A stretch of DNA of 64,000 nt from Octopus bimaculoides (GCF_001194135.2 NC_068985.1:69179580-69243579), one strand, 5' to 3'; shown: positions 25,700 to 40,228, counted from the first letter of the stretch. The notes: generated by a model from the sequence alone, not told the origin. A program made the numbers and translations.

Positions 25700-26130
25700 G
25701 CTATCGAAGAAAAATATCGCACATTCTCTGTGATCGAGCAACGCATTTACTTGTTGATCTTAATCTTCAGGGCAGATTTTGTTACTCTTGAAACTATTCT
25801 CAAAGAATTTGNNNNNNNNNNGTTTTTGTCTCGTATCAGAGGGTTGTTTCAAATGCGAGTGGTATCTACAGAAGAACCTAACAAAATGGCTATCAATGAG
25901 AACCTATTGGTATCACGAGGCAGCGTCTTTCAAATGACTATCATTCAGTCATTCTGCAAGGCATTTTTACGGAAATTAGAGTTGTTAATCGGCATATCAT
26001 ACGAAGCAGAATACAGGAGTGTGTAACATATGCAAAAGACGTCACCATAATAATCCAACTAAGTTTAGTTGCGTGGCGGTAATATCACGAATTATCAGAC
26101 GTTAATGGTAGCCAAAAATTAACTTGAATA
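25700..26130 (+). mobile_element. Possible decayed piggyBac-like transposase relic
   Basis: PNKMAINENLLVSRG resembles P..xxIDE.L..FRG; downstream GGNIT.NY resembles GRNIT.DNY; catalytic residues lost. Confidence 0.35.
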
Positions 26131-27492
26131 AAGGAATGTTTGCCTAATTCTCCTCGGATTTATTGAGGAGATGAGGGCTCTCTGGCATAGATTGAGGAAC
26201 AAAGCTGGGTATATCAAACTGAAAGAATTCACATTCTATTTTCATCTACACTGTGGTGTTGCAATATATAAATTTGTCAGTTCTTCTGACTAAGGTTATG
26301 TTGAGCTTGAAATAAACAGCATTAAATATACTACGAGCCATCGCAAGAATAAATGTGAATACGAGGCTACATTTGACGGTACCATCTTAATTTGAAATGT
26401 ATATATATATATATATATATATATNNNNNNNNNNTCTCTCCCTCTCTGATTATATATACATGTGTAGGTTTGTATAAATAGAACTACGCACGCACACACA
26501 TATAACATTTAAGTCCAGGGGAAATATCTTGAAAATATAGTTTACACATCCATATTATGGCGAATGGAAATAACATTTGGCAAATTTACAGAAATCAAAG
26601 GTAGTCAATTAAACATCTGCTAAATTTCACTGTGCAAAATAATTGGATTTGGAGAGCAGCATGTAAGCTTGCCTTCTCTTGAGATAGAACAACTGAAGCT
26701 CTAATCGATTTCTCCGAGGTTTGTGATCCGTCATTGATCACTGCACGCCTGAGACGAATCATTGTGGGATAGATTAATTACACAATCCAGACAGTTGCAA
26801 TCAACATTGCAACTTTATCCAATACATCTCCCACTGATCGAAATTGATTACAAATGCGTTGGAATTACTTGAATGGAGTTATGTTATTTGGTTTGCTGAG
26901 AAAGAGAGAAAAATTACAAAACTGGAGATGTCTACTTTGCAGAGAGTTTACCGAGTTAAGTTATTAGGTGAAGTAACCTCAAAGGCACATTAGAAGATTT
27001 ATAAAGTCAGGAACAGATTCCAATATGCTTGATTTAAAAGTTTAATCTTCCACTTTAATTGGAATTTCTGAGCGGTAGGTCTTTAATATAAATGGATTTT
27101 TACACAGTAAATTTTCTTCCAGAAAATTCATTTATTTATATTAATTGCATATTTACTCTCAGACCTCTAGTCTTCTATTGGAGAACAAAGAATTCCATTT
27201 CTATTCTATGGTCGGTAAAGTGGTTGAAGACTGAATATACTGGATTATCGGCAAAAAGTTGAATAGCTTAAATATTTTCAATGCTAACTTTTAACAACCA
27301 AACTGAAACTATGCAGCATAAATAGTTAATTAACTTAAGAAAAGTCGCCGGTCCATGTATCGAACCATCCATGCATTCATCGATTCAAATAACATTTTGT
27401 TCAGTTATTTGCCTAAACGTGTGCATTTTAGAATTTATTAAAATCTTAGCATGGTAAAAATATATTGAAATCATTTATTAACATAAATTTAT

Positions 27493-27680
27493 TTAGACGG
27501 TGAACTAGCAGAATTTACAATGTTGGATAAAAAGCCTCGCGGAATTAGTTCCCATTTCATAAACATCTTAATTCAAAACTCACCGAATACAAGTTCAATT
27601 TGACCCTTTCGACTCGATTAAAAATTTATCAGTCTAAGATAATGGATTGGTTTAATTGTTGCGGTATACATTTTGGCTCC
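27493..27680 (+). mobile_element. Decayed SINE (10308 family)
   Basis: GACGGTGAACTAGCAGAAT head and TTGACCCTTTCGACTCGAT core remnant. Confidence 0.5.
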
Positions 27681-27858
27681 GGGTAATTTCATTTTCATTT
27701 GAAATTCTGTGCCTCCTTGTAATCGTTGACGGTTCCTGATTCAGGAATTGCGTCCGATGCATAGTATTACGAAAAATATACGAAGAATCTTAAAAAAAAT
27801 ATGAGAACGAAAATGCCATATGGTTAGTTTGGTCGCAAAAACGAATGTGAACACCACC

Positions 27859-27918
<60 letters not shown>
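27859..27918. repeat. (CTA)n microsatellite
   Basis: Direct inspection. Confidence 0.95.
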
Positions 27919-27919
<1 letters not shown>

Positions 27920-27991
27920 CAAATAATTACGTTTCGAAAATGTTTGTCTTCATTGGAAAATATTTTTGTGTTAATGTAACATAGAGTAATC

Positions 27992-28195
27992 AAGACGGCG
28001 TGCTGATAGAATGCTTTGCACGTGGGAGGAAATGCTTGGCGGCATTTCGTCCGTCAATACTTCTAAATCTGAAATTCCGTCGAAGTCGATTTGTCTTTCA
28101 TCCTTTCATCCAGCTGAACAATGGTGTCGATATAATCCCGTTATCTACCTCCTCTGTAACTGTTGGCATTGTCAAACATTTTAAACCAACATAAC
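27992..28195 (+). mobile_element. SINE (10308 family)
   Basis: GACGGCGTGCTGATAGAAT..AAATGCTTGGCGGCATTTCG..GTCGATTTGTCTTTCATCCTTTC. Confidence 0.75.
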
Positions 28196-28914
28196 ATACA
28201 ACATCGACTGCATTTGAAATAGCAAAGGTATTATTTATAGTTTTTAAAGATTAATATTTTCCTATGCTATGAAATATTAGCTCTCCTGCTTTCTGTAGCC
28301 CAACTAAACTGGATATTAAGAAAAGGTTATGTGAATTTAGGCCAACAGACTGAAGTAGCATATGGAAGTGCTGAGTGAGGTCTGAGTTCATTTAGACCCA
28401 TGTTAATTTTTATTTGCCAATCTATAATGAATATTTACCAAAGATCAAAATATCATCTTTTTTTTGAGAACTTAATATATAGAAAATTAATAAGATGTAA
28501 AGTGTCAATCCTATTTCAAATGACAGTGATGCAATAATACAGGGTATATAAAGTTATTGCTTCTAGTCAAAATGTATGACTAAAGAAGGGGCTAGAGGTT
28601 TGTGCAGCTTATTATATTTACTACGCCTCCATCATTTACCTTTAGTTGTTTTAGTCATTAAACTACGACCGTGGTGTAGCACCGTCTTTCATAGTTTAAT
28701 TGAACACAATACTTATTATTTTGAAACCTTGATACTTATCATACCGGATTATTTGGGAGGAAACTTTTAGTTACGGGAGACGCAAACAAACGAACACCGA
28801 TTGTGAAACAGTGAAAAGGGGCAAACACAGACACAACGACACGCTTTTATCTATTTATAAATAAATAAATATATGTGTGTATGTATGTATGTATGTGTGT
28901 GTATATATATATAA

Positions 28915-29162
28915 ATGCGCCCTTTTAAAGCCTAGCCAAGCTCATGGGCCCGATTTCCGAGTTTTAATGGTGTATGTGTTCCCCAGCTGGTCGGGACGCC
29001 ACTCCATCGCAGTATTACTCATATTTTGTCAGCTGCGTGGACTGGAGAAACGTGAAATGAAGAGTTTTGCTCAAGAGCACAACCCGTCGCCCGGTCCAGG
29101 ATTTCGAAACCACAATTTTACGACCATGGTGCTGATAACCTAACCACTAAGCCACGCACCTC

Positions 29163-29163
<1 letters not shown>
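28915..29163 (-). mobile_element. tRNA-derived SINE
   Basis: Minus head TGGAGGTGCGTGGCTTAGTGGTTAGG (A-box-like) and GGTTTCGAAATCC (B-box-like); body GGGACGCCACTCCATCGCAG..GACTGGAGAAACGTGAAATGAAG. Confidence 0.88.
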
Positions 29164-29204
<41 letters not shown>

Positions 29205-29952
29205 CATACACACACANNNNNNNNNNNNNNNNNNNNNNNNNNNNNNNNNNNNNNNNNNNNNNNNNNNNNNNNNNNNNNNNNNNNNNNNNNNNNNNNNNNN
29301 NNNNNNNNNNNNNNNNNNNNNNNNNNNNNNNNNNNNNNNNNNNNNNNNNNNNNNNNNNNNNNNNNNNNNNNNNNNNNNNNNNNNNNNNNNNNNNNNNNNN
29401 NNNNNNNNNNNNNNNNNNNNNNNNNNNNNNNNNNNNNNNNNNNNNNNNNNNNNNNNNNNNNNNNNNNNNNNNNNNNNNNNNNNNNNNNNNNNNNNNNNNN
29501 NNNNNNNNNNNNNNNNNNNNNNNNNNNNNNNNNNNNNNNNNNNNNNNNNNNNNNNNNNNNNNNNNNNNNNNNNNNNNNNNNNNNNNNNNNNNNNNNNNNN
29601 NNNNNNNNNNNNNNNNNNNNNNNNNNNNNNNNNNNNNNNNNNNNNNNNNNNNNNNNNNNNNNNNNNNNNNNNNNNNNNNNNNNNNNNNNNNNNNNNNNNN
29701 NNNNNNNNNNNNNNNNNNNNNNNNNNNNNNNNNNNNNNNNNNNNNNNNNNNNNNNNNNNNNNNNNNNNNNNNNNNNNNNNNNNNNNNNNNNNNNNNNNNN
29801 NNNNNNNNNNNNNNNNNNNNNNNNNNNNNNNNNNNNNNNNNNNNNNNNNNNNNNNNNNNNNNNNNNNNNNNNNNNNNNNNNNNNNNNNNNNNNNNNNNNN
29901 NNNNNNNNNNNNNNNNNNNNNNNNNNNNNNNNNNNNNNNNNNNNNNNNNNNN

Positions 29953-29983
<31 letters not shown>

Positions 29984-30289
29984 TATGCAGGGCAGGGAAT
30001 CGTCAATTAGTAATAAAATTAATAATTAACAATTTTGCCGGGTAGCTCAGTATGAAAAACCTTTTCGGTAAAAATCATTTATAATCATAAATATATAGGG
30101 ATTGACCTGCTTCTCCAACATACTATGATTATATATATAATATAATGTAATATATTTATCCCCACTTAAATGTCGATAATATGTTTCAACACATTATACT
30201 TCGGTAGTCACCTTGAGAGACTTACATATTGGCTTCTGGTGCAAATGGACTCTTGTTTATAACGCTAGTGGTGAGATAAATTCTCGCCA

Positions 30290-30510
30290 GCTCCAGCATC
30301 GAGACCAATGATCTCGAACTTCCTTAGTCTTGTCAATGATGGTCGCTCGACCGCCAGATGTAGCAGCAATTCATCTGCGTCAGTGATATATAGAAAAAAC
30401 ACTGATTAGCCAGTTAGCTTATTAATATAATACTGAGGTCACTGTAATCGAGTTGCCCACTCCCTCGGACTTGCCGAGCGTGTGCCAAAATTTAAAATTA
30501 GTACTGATAT
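30290..30510. mobile_element. Decayed SINE remnants
   Basis: GATGGTCGCTCGACCGCCAGATGTAGCAGC and GAGGTCACTGTAATCGAG..GTGCCAAAATTT resemble SINE body/tail segments seen elsewhere in the window. Confidence 0.4.
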
Positions 30511-33500
30511 ATAGAGTCCCGAGCAAATGCTCAGCACTGTATGTTTGTTTTCATCGGCAAACAAATATACGGTGCTTTCTAAAGCAACTATACTTCAGTC
30601 ATCCACGAGAGGATAACTTTATTTGTATAATTTAGTGGGGAGGGTGACATCGAAACTGAAAAAAAGTGGCAGGTATGAGAGAAGTTATTGCGTATTGTAT
30701 AGTCATTATGTACTGCACCTCAAAAATATGAATTATACTACGTCAACAGGAACCTTGGCTCGAATGTGTGCTGGTAAATTTGCTCCAGGTTTAAAGAATT
30801 GCTATCAAAACTTTTTAACATAAACCGAAACGTAAAGCTTCCACTCCATTCAGATTTCTGGCGAGATCTCTCCCTGATAACTGTCGAGATAAGGGCGACT
30901 ACTACATGAAAGAGAAAAAATATGATCCTCACGTCACACCTAAATGCGAATTAATTATTCAAATAATGCTGAGCTTAAATATGTAATGGTTTAAATCATT
31001 AATTGCAATATCTGCTGTTTCCACAGCTAATTAAATATATATCACATGCCAAGCAATGTTTGATGGAAAGTAATTTCAAAATAGAACATATAAAAAGTAT
31101 GAAAAAAAAAGAGGTCAAAGATGCAGTAAAGGTGCCCAGTTGTGATCTGTATTTCATAAAATCCCCTATTGAGGCCCGTGGTATAAAACAGAGATTTGAA
31201 GTAACTAGGATAGTATGGAATACCTTGCAGGAATATCAGCAAATGCCTTAAGATTTATGTAATTTGCTTAATATTTTTTTCACCAGGCTGACACACAATG
31301 GGACATAACAATCACAGATTATAATGAATGAAGATGCTCACAAAATGTATATGACTAAGCGGACATAATTATCACTAAAGCAATAACAGGCAAATTATTC
31401 ACTTGCACCGACTTTTAAGGTAAGACCTACATTTGTTCCAGTACAATGATTACTTCTGTAACCGTGTGTGCACAGACACTCATTAGATAAGCAGCTACGT
31501 TTCTGAAAGAATACGGAATCTTGACACAATAATATAGTATCCTATAGATCCTTGGACAGGTTTACAGCTTCTCTTGCATATATTAAGCTGGAAATTTAGC
31601 TAAAGGTATCTTATCTATTTTCTATTCAAATATTTTCTTTTGTAAAATGAATTTATTCCTTGCTATTTCACTGTTCAACACAGATAATTTGCTAAATAAA
31701 TAATTTAGCTAAAGGCTGTTATTAGAGAATAGAATTCAACAGGAGACATATAAAATTCCAACAAAATAATTCAACAAAATTAAGCAGCAACAAGCAAATA
31801 AGTGTTCTATTAACAATAAAGGCGATTAAAGAGAACAATGCATTTTTGTGGGCAACAACAGGAGCTATAGGTGTGATATTACAGAGGGGACGAGGTTTAT
31901 TGTTCCTGTGGATTCAGGAACAGGAAAGCAATTTTAATTTAGCAATAGAAATTATAAAACTGTTAAAGGATGAGATTCAAGTTAATTTAGTAGCTGAAAG
32001 AATATTAAGTATGGCTGCACATAAATACCTCAACATCTACATATACGCATACACGTGCTTATACATATATACATGCATGCATACATACATACGTACATAC
32101 ATACATACATACATACATACATACATACTTACACACAGTACATACATATATATAAATATATATATATATGTGTGTGTTATGTGCGTGTGCATATATATGC
32201 ATACATATACATACGCATAAACACAGACACACACCGTACATATACATAGGTATATGCGTGTATGTATGTATGCATGTATGTATGTATTTACGCATGTATG
32301 TATGCATGTATGTATGCGTCTGTATGAATGTATATATAATGATCAAAAATTGATTTGCAAAGGAAACAAAAGAGAGTGAAATTTATTTGCATTTCCAACG
32401 TACAACCATAAATGGTTTGTTGCCGAACAATAGAAATAAACAATAGAAATAAACAATAAGAAATGCAATCTTTGTACGCTCACAACAACTCTCCTTAAAA
32501 GCCATCAATTTGGTGAGGAGAAAAACTTGAGGTAAGAAATAAATCTAAAGATGATGCAAAAATATATGAATAAATCACATTTTTATTCCATTTTATGAAC
32601 AATGTTAGTTCATAATATATTAAAGAGACATCAAATATTTTCATAGTAAATACATATCAAATATACTCATTAATTGTCAGTACACACATACAAAAATACT
32701 TATCTTTCTACGTACATAAATATACAGGTTGTCAATTTCTTCTCTTCCTTTACTTTCACTGTAGCAATCTACCTCTCTCATTGCCTTCCTCTCTAGTTTG
32801 ACTTCTGTCTTATGCATAACTATAATAACAGCATTATACATAACTAGTTGTTGAAACATACATATATAACCATTTCCCACACTATGTGTGTATGTGTGTG
32901 AGTGTTTGTGTGTGCGCGCATAATATGTTTATGTGCGTACCGGTGTCTATATGCATACACCTGAAATTTACTCGAAAATCAACAAGTGCGTTTGCAGCAT
33001 ACTTGCAATAGAGGAAATATTCAAATGAGTAATTGAATGTGAATGAGACAATGTTATCAGTTGCATCACATTATTATAAAGTAAAAATAAAAAAAAAATA
33101 TACATATATATTAAAAAATCCCATTAACAGGAAATATTGGAGAAAATCATAAGTAAATTGCATCTAAATTCTATTTTATTCATTCTTCGCTGTTGTTTCA
33201 ATTTGATGTAGGCAGTCATAAAAACGGTATTGTAATCATAATAATTGTCCCTAAAATCATATATTAATTGAAAATCAATTAGAAAGAAAATTCTATAGTG
33301 CAGTTTCTTCGTTTCTAAGACCACAGCGATACATTAAGAAAATTGAGATATTGATATTACCAGCAGGTCATTGCGTGCGGTACAATAGATAAACTTAACA
33401 TAGCTTGCAGCAAGTGAAATTTCTAGCTCAAATTATCTTTGCATTCTGACAATACAATGTAAAATGTAATGGCTAAAGTAACATTTTTAACAATATCTAA

Positions 33501-33647
33501 AGCTACAAATACAACCCGATGTTATTTATTCAGAAATCTGTATAATCGTGTCTTTGATGACAGTAGTCGAAATACAGGGCACCTATATCAGAACCGACAA
33601 TTTATATGAAAGTGGCATTGATGATGTGGATATAATGACAGGGAAAC

Positions 33648-33665
33648 AGAGAGAGAGAGAGAGAG

Positions 33666-33741
<76 letters not shown>
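33648..33741. repeat. (GA)n microsatellite
   Basis: Direct inspection. Confidence 0.97.
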
Positions 33742-33744
<3 letters not shown>

Positions 33745-36700
33745 CACACGCACAAATGCACGCAGGCACGCACAGAAACAGAAACATACACACATCCAAA
33801 CACCCCCGCACGCGCCTAGATAGAGGCATGTATCTTCTAGTATAGATAACGGTCTGTAGTCGGGTAGACGGAAACATGGCATAACTATGTCGAATAGAAT
33901 ATTTGTGTAAAATAATCTGTCATTTTGATTGGTTTAACGAATTTTGCATTCTAACAAATATACCGAACAGGTATATTCAGAGTTTAGGATGGATTGATAT
34001 CACAGGGTTCTGCTCCCTACTGCGTAAAGTAGAAATGTGTGTTGTTTCTTCCCTAATTTTTCTTCCTCCACCACTAAGAAGAAAAAGTAAAAATTAAATA
34101 GGTCATTGAAGTTGACCTGTCTGACTCAGATAAATAAAAAGGATGATTGAGATATAAATTAAAGCCACCATATCTATACCTGAATTTCATATTTGCTTTA
34201 TCTCACAACTATTTATACTTGTCATCATACTTTAAGTAGCGTTTGATGGTTGCATGCGTTTGTATTTTAAATCCGACGCCACGTTCACCCTTGGTGAGGA
34301 GAACATGCAATCGTTGCTGTTTTAGTCATCACCAACGCATATATTTTTCAGTGAGTGTAGACATTAACCTGTAACTGTGCAACAGGTATGCGCTAATATA
34401 TTGACTTTTCAATATATAGTGCATGAGCTTTCAGAGAAATGTACTTCGTATTTTCACGTTGCTGAATGGCATCGAAGGTCTTAAATGAACATTTTATCTT
34501 ATTCGTTTTTCTTTTGATTCACTCATTCTTGCCGATAGCTATACATATACTCTTTCGACAAGCTTGATGAGTTGAGACCAACCGATACGCGATGCTTTAA
34601 AGTCCAAATAATAAAATCACTAATGGCATGCTTCCTGTAATGAGGCAATCAATGAATTAAATTTCCACCATATTGAAGAGAAAGATTCATTATTTTAATG
34701 ATATCTTTCCTCATCACCATAAGTATCACTTTACTTCATTATTTAATGTAGTTCTGTTTACACGGAAAATGTCAGCATGATGAACAGTAAAAAAATGTTA
34801 TAATAGCTCGACAGGAAAAAAAGTTGGACGAAAATATCAATGTTCAAATCTAGACAGAATGATAAATCTAAAGAACATGCTGAAGTTTAGAGAAGTTGAT
34901 CAAGGATAGACAACTAACGCTAAACGGAATGATGGAAAGCATAATGATATGATCAACATAGGTGAAATAACTGAATTTGAATTGAAGTATCCTTGTTGTA
35001 GAGGTTGATCAAAAGAGAAAATAATATAAGTTAGACTGAATGCTCAAGTCTTGAGAGTGTCACGAAAGCTAGACTGGATAAAAGAGGCTTGCTTAACCTG
35101 CAGGTTAAGATCTATATAAGCATAATAGCCGTTAGAATTCACATTGCCTGCTTGTTTTCATCAATCTCCAAAACAAGAAATATATTGCACAAAATTTTCT
35201 CCTAGACCAGAGTTTCAGATCCGCTGGCATTAATATAATAAAGTTAACGTCTGTAACCTAACCTCTTAATGTTGTCATTAGTGTTGCAGACATTTCCTCT
35301 GACTAAAGACACAAGTTTCAGAAGAATTTATATGATTCGTGTAAACATCGAGTTACACATGTTCTTTTAATGATTTCAATGTTGTCAATGGCAGTGTGGT
35401 CGTGCTGGAAAACCAGCCTGAAGAAACTCGATGAATTACACCTCATCCAATAATTTTTCTCCTACTTAAGTTATTGATCTGTGTATTGCATTTATCCTTT
35501 TGGCAGACAAGCCACGATAACAAGAGGCATCTATGTTGTCAAAATTCCTGAATCTGCTATTCTAATGCTCTTCACATCCTTTGTTAACGTTTTAATATTA
35601 AATAAAGGTGAGGGACAAAACGCACCGATGACATGCATGAGCCTACTCTCTACTATATCCATCCCGTAATACGAATGATATTTAATTACTGGCTCTAAAA
35701 AGTTTTTAAAAACCATCAAAAACAAATACGACCTCGGTAGGATTCGAATTGAAAATGTGTGCTTTAGCTAAACACCACAAAGCATTTTTACAAGCACTCT
35801 AATGACCGTGAAAATGCATCCAACTCATCCTATAAAGCTGCTACACCAGTGTAAATAGATGCATAGCGTCTCAGAGGATGAACCATCGTCTGGAAGTGCC
35901 TCAAGGCTACCATACCTAGTCAAGATATTCTGTACTTCAGTCATTTATTCACGTTCCATAAATTTGTAATCATACTTGCCTTTTGTTATTTCTAACTAGA
36001 CGCGTTCAGAATATATGCCTCAGCCTTGTACCATGCAGATTATTAATATTATTATTAATTTCTGCAATCCTCATTCTCATATTCAGAAATCCTTCACAAA
36101 ATCATGATTTTTTAACATTCAAAAGAAACTTTTGCTACGCTATTGTAACATAAGTCTATCGATGTTCTTTTACATCAAGCCCACCCTATCTAAGCAGACA
36201 TAACAAAAGGCATTATACACTTAACAAACTGGTCATGATAATTTTACCTACGTTTGAAAGAGGTTTAGCTGGTATTTCTAGCATATCAAATACCAGCTAT
36301 CGTTTGCCACTGAATATATTGCATTTATTTAATTGTAGATGAAATAATAAGTCAAATATTATTTAGAATGTATTGGCAGCATCTCAGAACATATGTATCT
36401 TGTATTACAAGCAACGACTCTCTGGCTATATTAGAAAAGTGATCACAAGAGACAATTTATTGGGTACATTAAATAAGATCACATTACCCTACTGGCTATG
36501 TTACAGAACATGACATACATGAAAATATATTGAAAATGGTTGAAAATTCTCATTTGTAAACAATTTAACATGTTCAAATAACAACAATACCAAAGCAAAA
36601 TTGCTGCTGGAGAGCAACCATTACACGAGAAATTTAATTACACAAACATATTTCGTTTTGATTGTTAGTGATTTGATAACAATACTGCTAGAAACCAATT

Positions 36701-37746
36701 TCTCAGCTAAATATTTGTATTAATTTCAATAACAATTGTGTTTTGTACAATATATAAAGCTGTATTTTATAAGAAACCAAATACACACCATATTCTAGTG
36801 ATCTATGCGTTCATATAAGTGCAAACATGAACATTTGCATGCACATTTTATTAGTACTGCACACTTTACATTACTGTTTGTCTATATATAGTCAGTTCGT
36901 ATTTAGATTATTGTTTATACTTTGTTTTTTAATCTGCACTTATAGAAAACAGTCTGCTATTTGTTCATATGCAATGGAAAAAAGGATTTAATACGACCTG
37001 ACGCTTGTATCAAAGACCTTTCTTTCTACAGAGAGTGTGCTTTCTGGCGCCAAAGAATGGAGGGTTCAATCCATAAACGTTGAACATGAAATGGGCTATA
37101 TTTAAACTGATAGACGAATATTGTTGTTTAGTTTCCATGTCAGCCGCACTCGAGTAGACTCATTATTAAACGCGTCTCAAACCCAGTTAACCTCGTCTGT
37201 TCTTTCTTGGCCGGTTTCTTTCGGATCACATGATTAAAGAGTGTGTTATTTGTTCATTCGGAAGGTATGGTCAGATAACAGTAACTTTCGTTTCCTATAT
37301 ATATTGGGACGAACGAACTCGTACTCTGTGCTTGCTTGGTAAGGATTTACTCGTATTATCGTTCTGTAGGGAAACACTTTGTGCGTATGAACCCTAATGT
37401 ATAGTATTTTGATCTTTTGATTACTAACGTACAACTATAGGGTACAATGCAGTGTCGTCCACCATAGGGAGTCATTTATAACACTCATTACCAAAAGTGG
37501 ATTACATACATGCAGGTGTTACACGCATGCATACAGACACACACACATTCACACACATGTATGCATGAATGTATGGAGGAATCATGCTATGTGATTTTTG
37601 TATGTGTCATCCATATACAGAAGGAAAATCCACATACACGGAGAAAAAATAGAATATAATAGTGATCTATTTTGATTGTGACTCTGGTTGTTAATTACCT
37701 TTAGAGCGTCGCCTTTGTTTGTCTGAGTTTATGTACACATGTGTTT

Positions 37747-37802
37747 CTGTCACTGATCGTACCCGCGCCTGTGTCTGTCACTGATCGTATCCGCGCCTGT
37801 GT
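37747..37802. repeat. 28-bp tandem duplication
   Basis: CTGTCACTGATCGTA(C/T)CCGCGCCTGTGT x2, one mismatch. Confidence 0.95.
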
Positions 37803-38367
37803 GTCTGTGGGTGTATCTTTTTTGGACATACATTTGTATCTATTCTTTAACATCACCAGCTAGAATAAGCTTTCCACACATTCATTACCAAGCAAAATTT
37901 ATATAACTGTTTAGTTTATATATTTGTTACATAGCCGAATATTCTCCTAAATAAGTATATCAAAAATAGAATTTAAGTAATTTCTTATCAATGGTGTACG
38001 GATAGATATCAAAACGGTCAGCTAGATTGTTAACAAACGTTGTTAGCTCCTGACATTTGGTAAAGCGAGAGTATAACATAAGCAATTGTGTAATATTAAG
38101 GAAAAAAATATTTATTAATGCGGAAGATTATTTAAAAAGTAAACATATAATTAATGAATATACTTGGCAAGGAGAACTGTAATGTGGAAATCCGCATGTT
38201 GATCAAACTACTTTACATCCCCTTAATTTGATTTCACTTAGGTGAAGTTAAATATGAAATTTGGCACCGGTAAATAAATATTTTCAGATATCATGTCTTA
38301 TGTAAATGGAACTCATCAGAAATATTTTCTGTTGCAGGAAAGGACTCATATATTCACTTTGGATCAA

Positions 38368-38414
<47 letters not shown>

Positions 38415-38619
38415 CATGAAAACTCACAGCTTATTTTGCTGGGTATGATAGAAAGTGTCAGCTGTCCACAGCCAGCAGAGTAACGTGACACTTGTTAATG
38501 GGTCATGCTTCAAGAACCCTGCTAAGAATTTGATTTTTGTAGGTATTCTATTAGATTGTTCCGAACATAATGGCCGCTCCAAGTGTTGTGTTTTGAAACG
38601 CAATTTAATCATAGTATTT

Positions 38620-39715
38620 TAATTATATTTTAGGTGAATCTCGACATGCTGAATAATTGACGTAGGCTCTTTAATAATTTTCTACTTATTTCAGACAGAA
38701 AACATTCTTGAAGAATAGGTGCCTTTTATTATAAACGTGGCAAAAAAGGACCTTCGCTTACTATTCTTGCATGAGTTGAAGCTTGGGCACAATGCTTCCC
38801 AAACCGCTGCCAATATCAACAGAGCATTGGGAAAGGGGTCCACAATGATCGCACAATTCAAAGGTGGTGTCAGAATTCCGTAGTGGTGATGAGAGTCTTG
38901 AAGATGAAGAAGGTAGAGACAGTCATGCAGTCTTGACAATGAGCAATTGAAAGCAATTGTGGAACGAAACGTCAACGTTTCAGAGAAATGTTTCAGGCAC
39001 TTACTGTCGGTATTACAACGGTCACACGCAATCTGCAGAAGATTGGTAAGGTGAAAAGGTTTGAAAAATGGGTACCGCATAAGCTCAATGAAAATCAAAA
39101 TTTCGGCATTTTTAATTGTGCTCGTTACTGTTTCTGAGAAACACCAATGGTCCCTTAATTCACCGAATAAAGTGGATACTTTATGATAACCGTAAACGAT
39201 CAGGTCAATGGTTTGATCGTGATGAGTCCCCCAAACATTTCCCAAGCCAAAGTTGCATCAGCAAAAGATTATGGTGACTGTCTGGTGGTCTGCAATTTGT
39301 ATTGTCCATTACAGTTTTCTGGAGCATTACACCAAAGGTTTACTGCATTCAACTCGGTGAAACTCATGCTCACTTACATAAAATGAGATTAATTGGTTAA
39401 ACAGCGTGGTCTAAATCTGCTTCACGATAATGCAAAGCCTCCTGATGCAAGAATGATGCTGAAGAAACTCAAAGACTTGGGATACGAGGCTTTACCACAT
39501 CCTTCATATTCTCATGATCTCTCACCCAATGACTATCATTTTTAAGCATAAAGCTTTCAGGTCCAAACCAGAGGTGAAATCAGCTTTCAAAGGTTTCTTA
39601 GCATCAAAGCCAATGACTTTTTATCAACGATGTATAAAACATCGACAAAAATATATAGATGTTCACGGTTGATATTTTCACTAATCAAAACATTTCTTTT
39701 GTTAATATTTCTTAA
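38620..39715 (+). pseudogene. Mariner transposase relic (DD34D; Hsmar1/cecropia-like)
   Basis: KLGHNASQTAANINRA, SGDESLEDEEG, KWVPHKL, KWILYDN, QKIMVTVWWS, LLHDNAKP..LPHPSYSHDLSPNDYHF with exactly 34 residues between the Ds; many frameshifts and deletions. Confidence 0.93.
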
Positions 39716-40228
39716 ATCGGCCATTATTTTCGTAACAACCTAACACCATTGCACTTGCACCGATCTTTTTTCAGCAATGTTGGTAGTTGACAGCTGATAC
39801 TTCCAAGTGCACCAATTACTATTGTTATCACGTCTACTCCCTTCATTGACCACAACCTTCGTATTTTCCACTTTAAATCATCATAAATAAATATTTGTTG
39901 CTCTTCTTCTTTCACATTGATCCTGTGTCACCCGGAAATGTTATGTCAAATATCAAGAAGTGTTTTTTTCTGTTTTTATTAACCACAACAATGTCCGGTT
40001 TCTGATGTCTGGTTGGATGATCGCAGTGAATCATTGCATCCCACAGGATTTTGCAATTCTCATTTTCGGTGAATCCTTCTGGAGTTTGGTCATATCACGT
40101 CTTTGCTCATTGTTGGCTATGGTTTCCACAGAGCTCCCAATGGATCATTCTTATCACATTGTCATGGCGTCTTTTTTATTCGGGTTGTGCCAATTTCGGG
40201 CATTCGCTAACGATATATCACATTCACT
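39716..40228 (-). mobile_element. R4/Dong-like LINE 3' fragment
   Basis: HIVSECPKLAQ..RRHDN..HWELC..KPDIVV..YDDLKWKIRRLWSMK..IVIGALG. Confidence 0.85.

Noticed and set aside
32400-32520. KCNLCT, like a PLE C-terminal motif
   Set aside because: Too short to support a call.
14170-34390. Isolated splice-like signals (14170 microexon, donors at 20481 and 23068, acceptor ~22680, 34350 mini-exon)
   Set aside because: No consistent reading frame or exon chain; the 34350 candidate has stops in all three frames.
35385-35415. TGGCAGTGTGGT, miR-34-like
   Set aside because: Match stops at 12 nt, and the context resembles a decayed SINE segment (GGCCATGCTGGAGCACC type).
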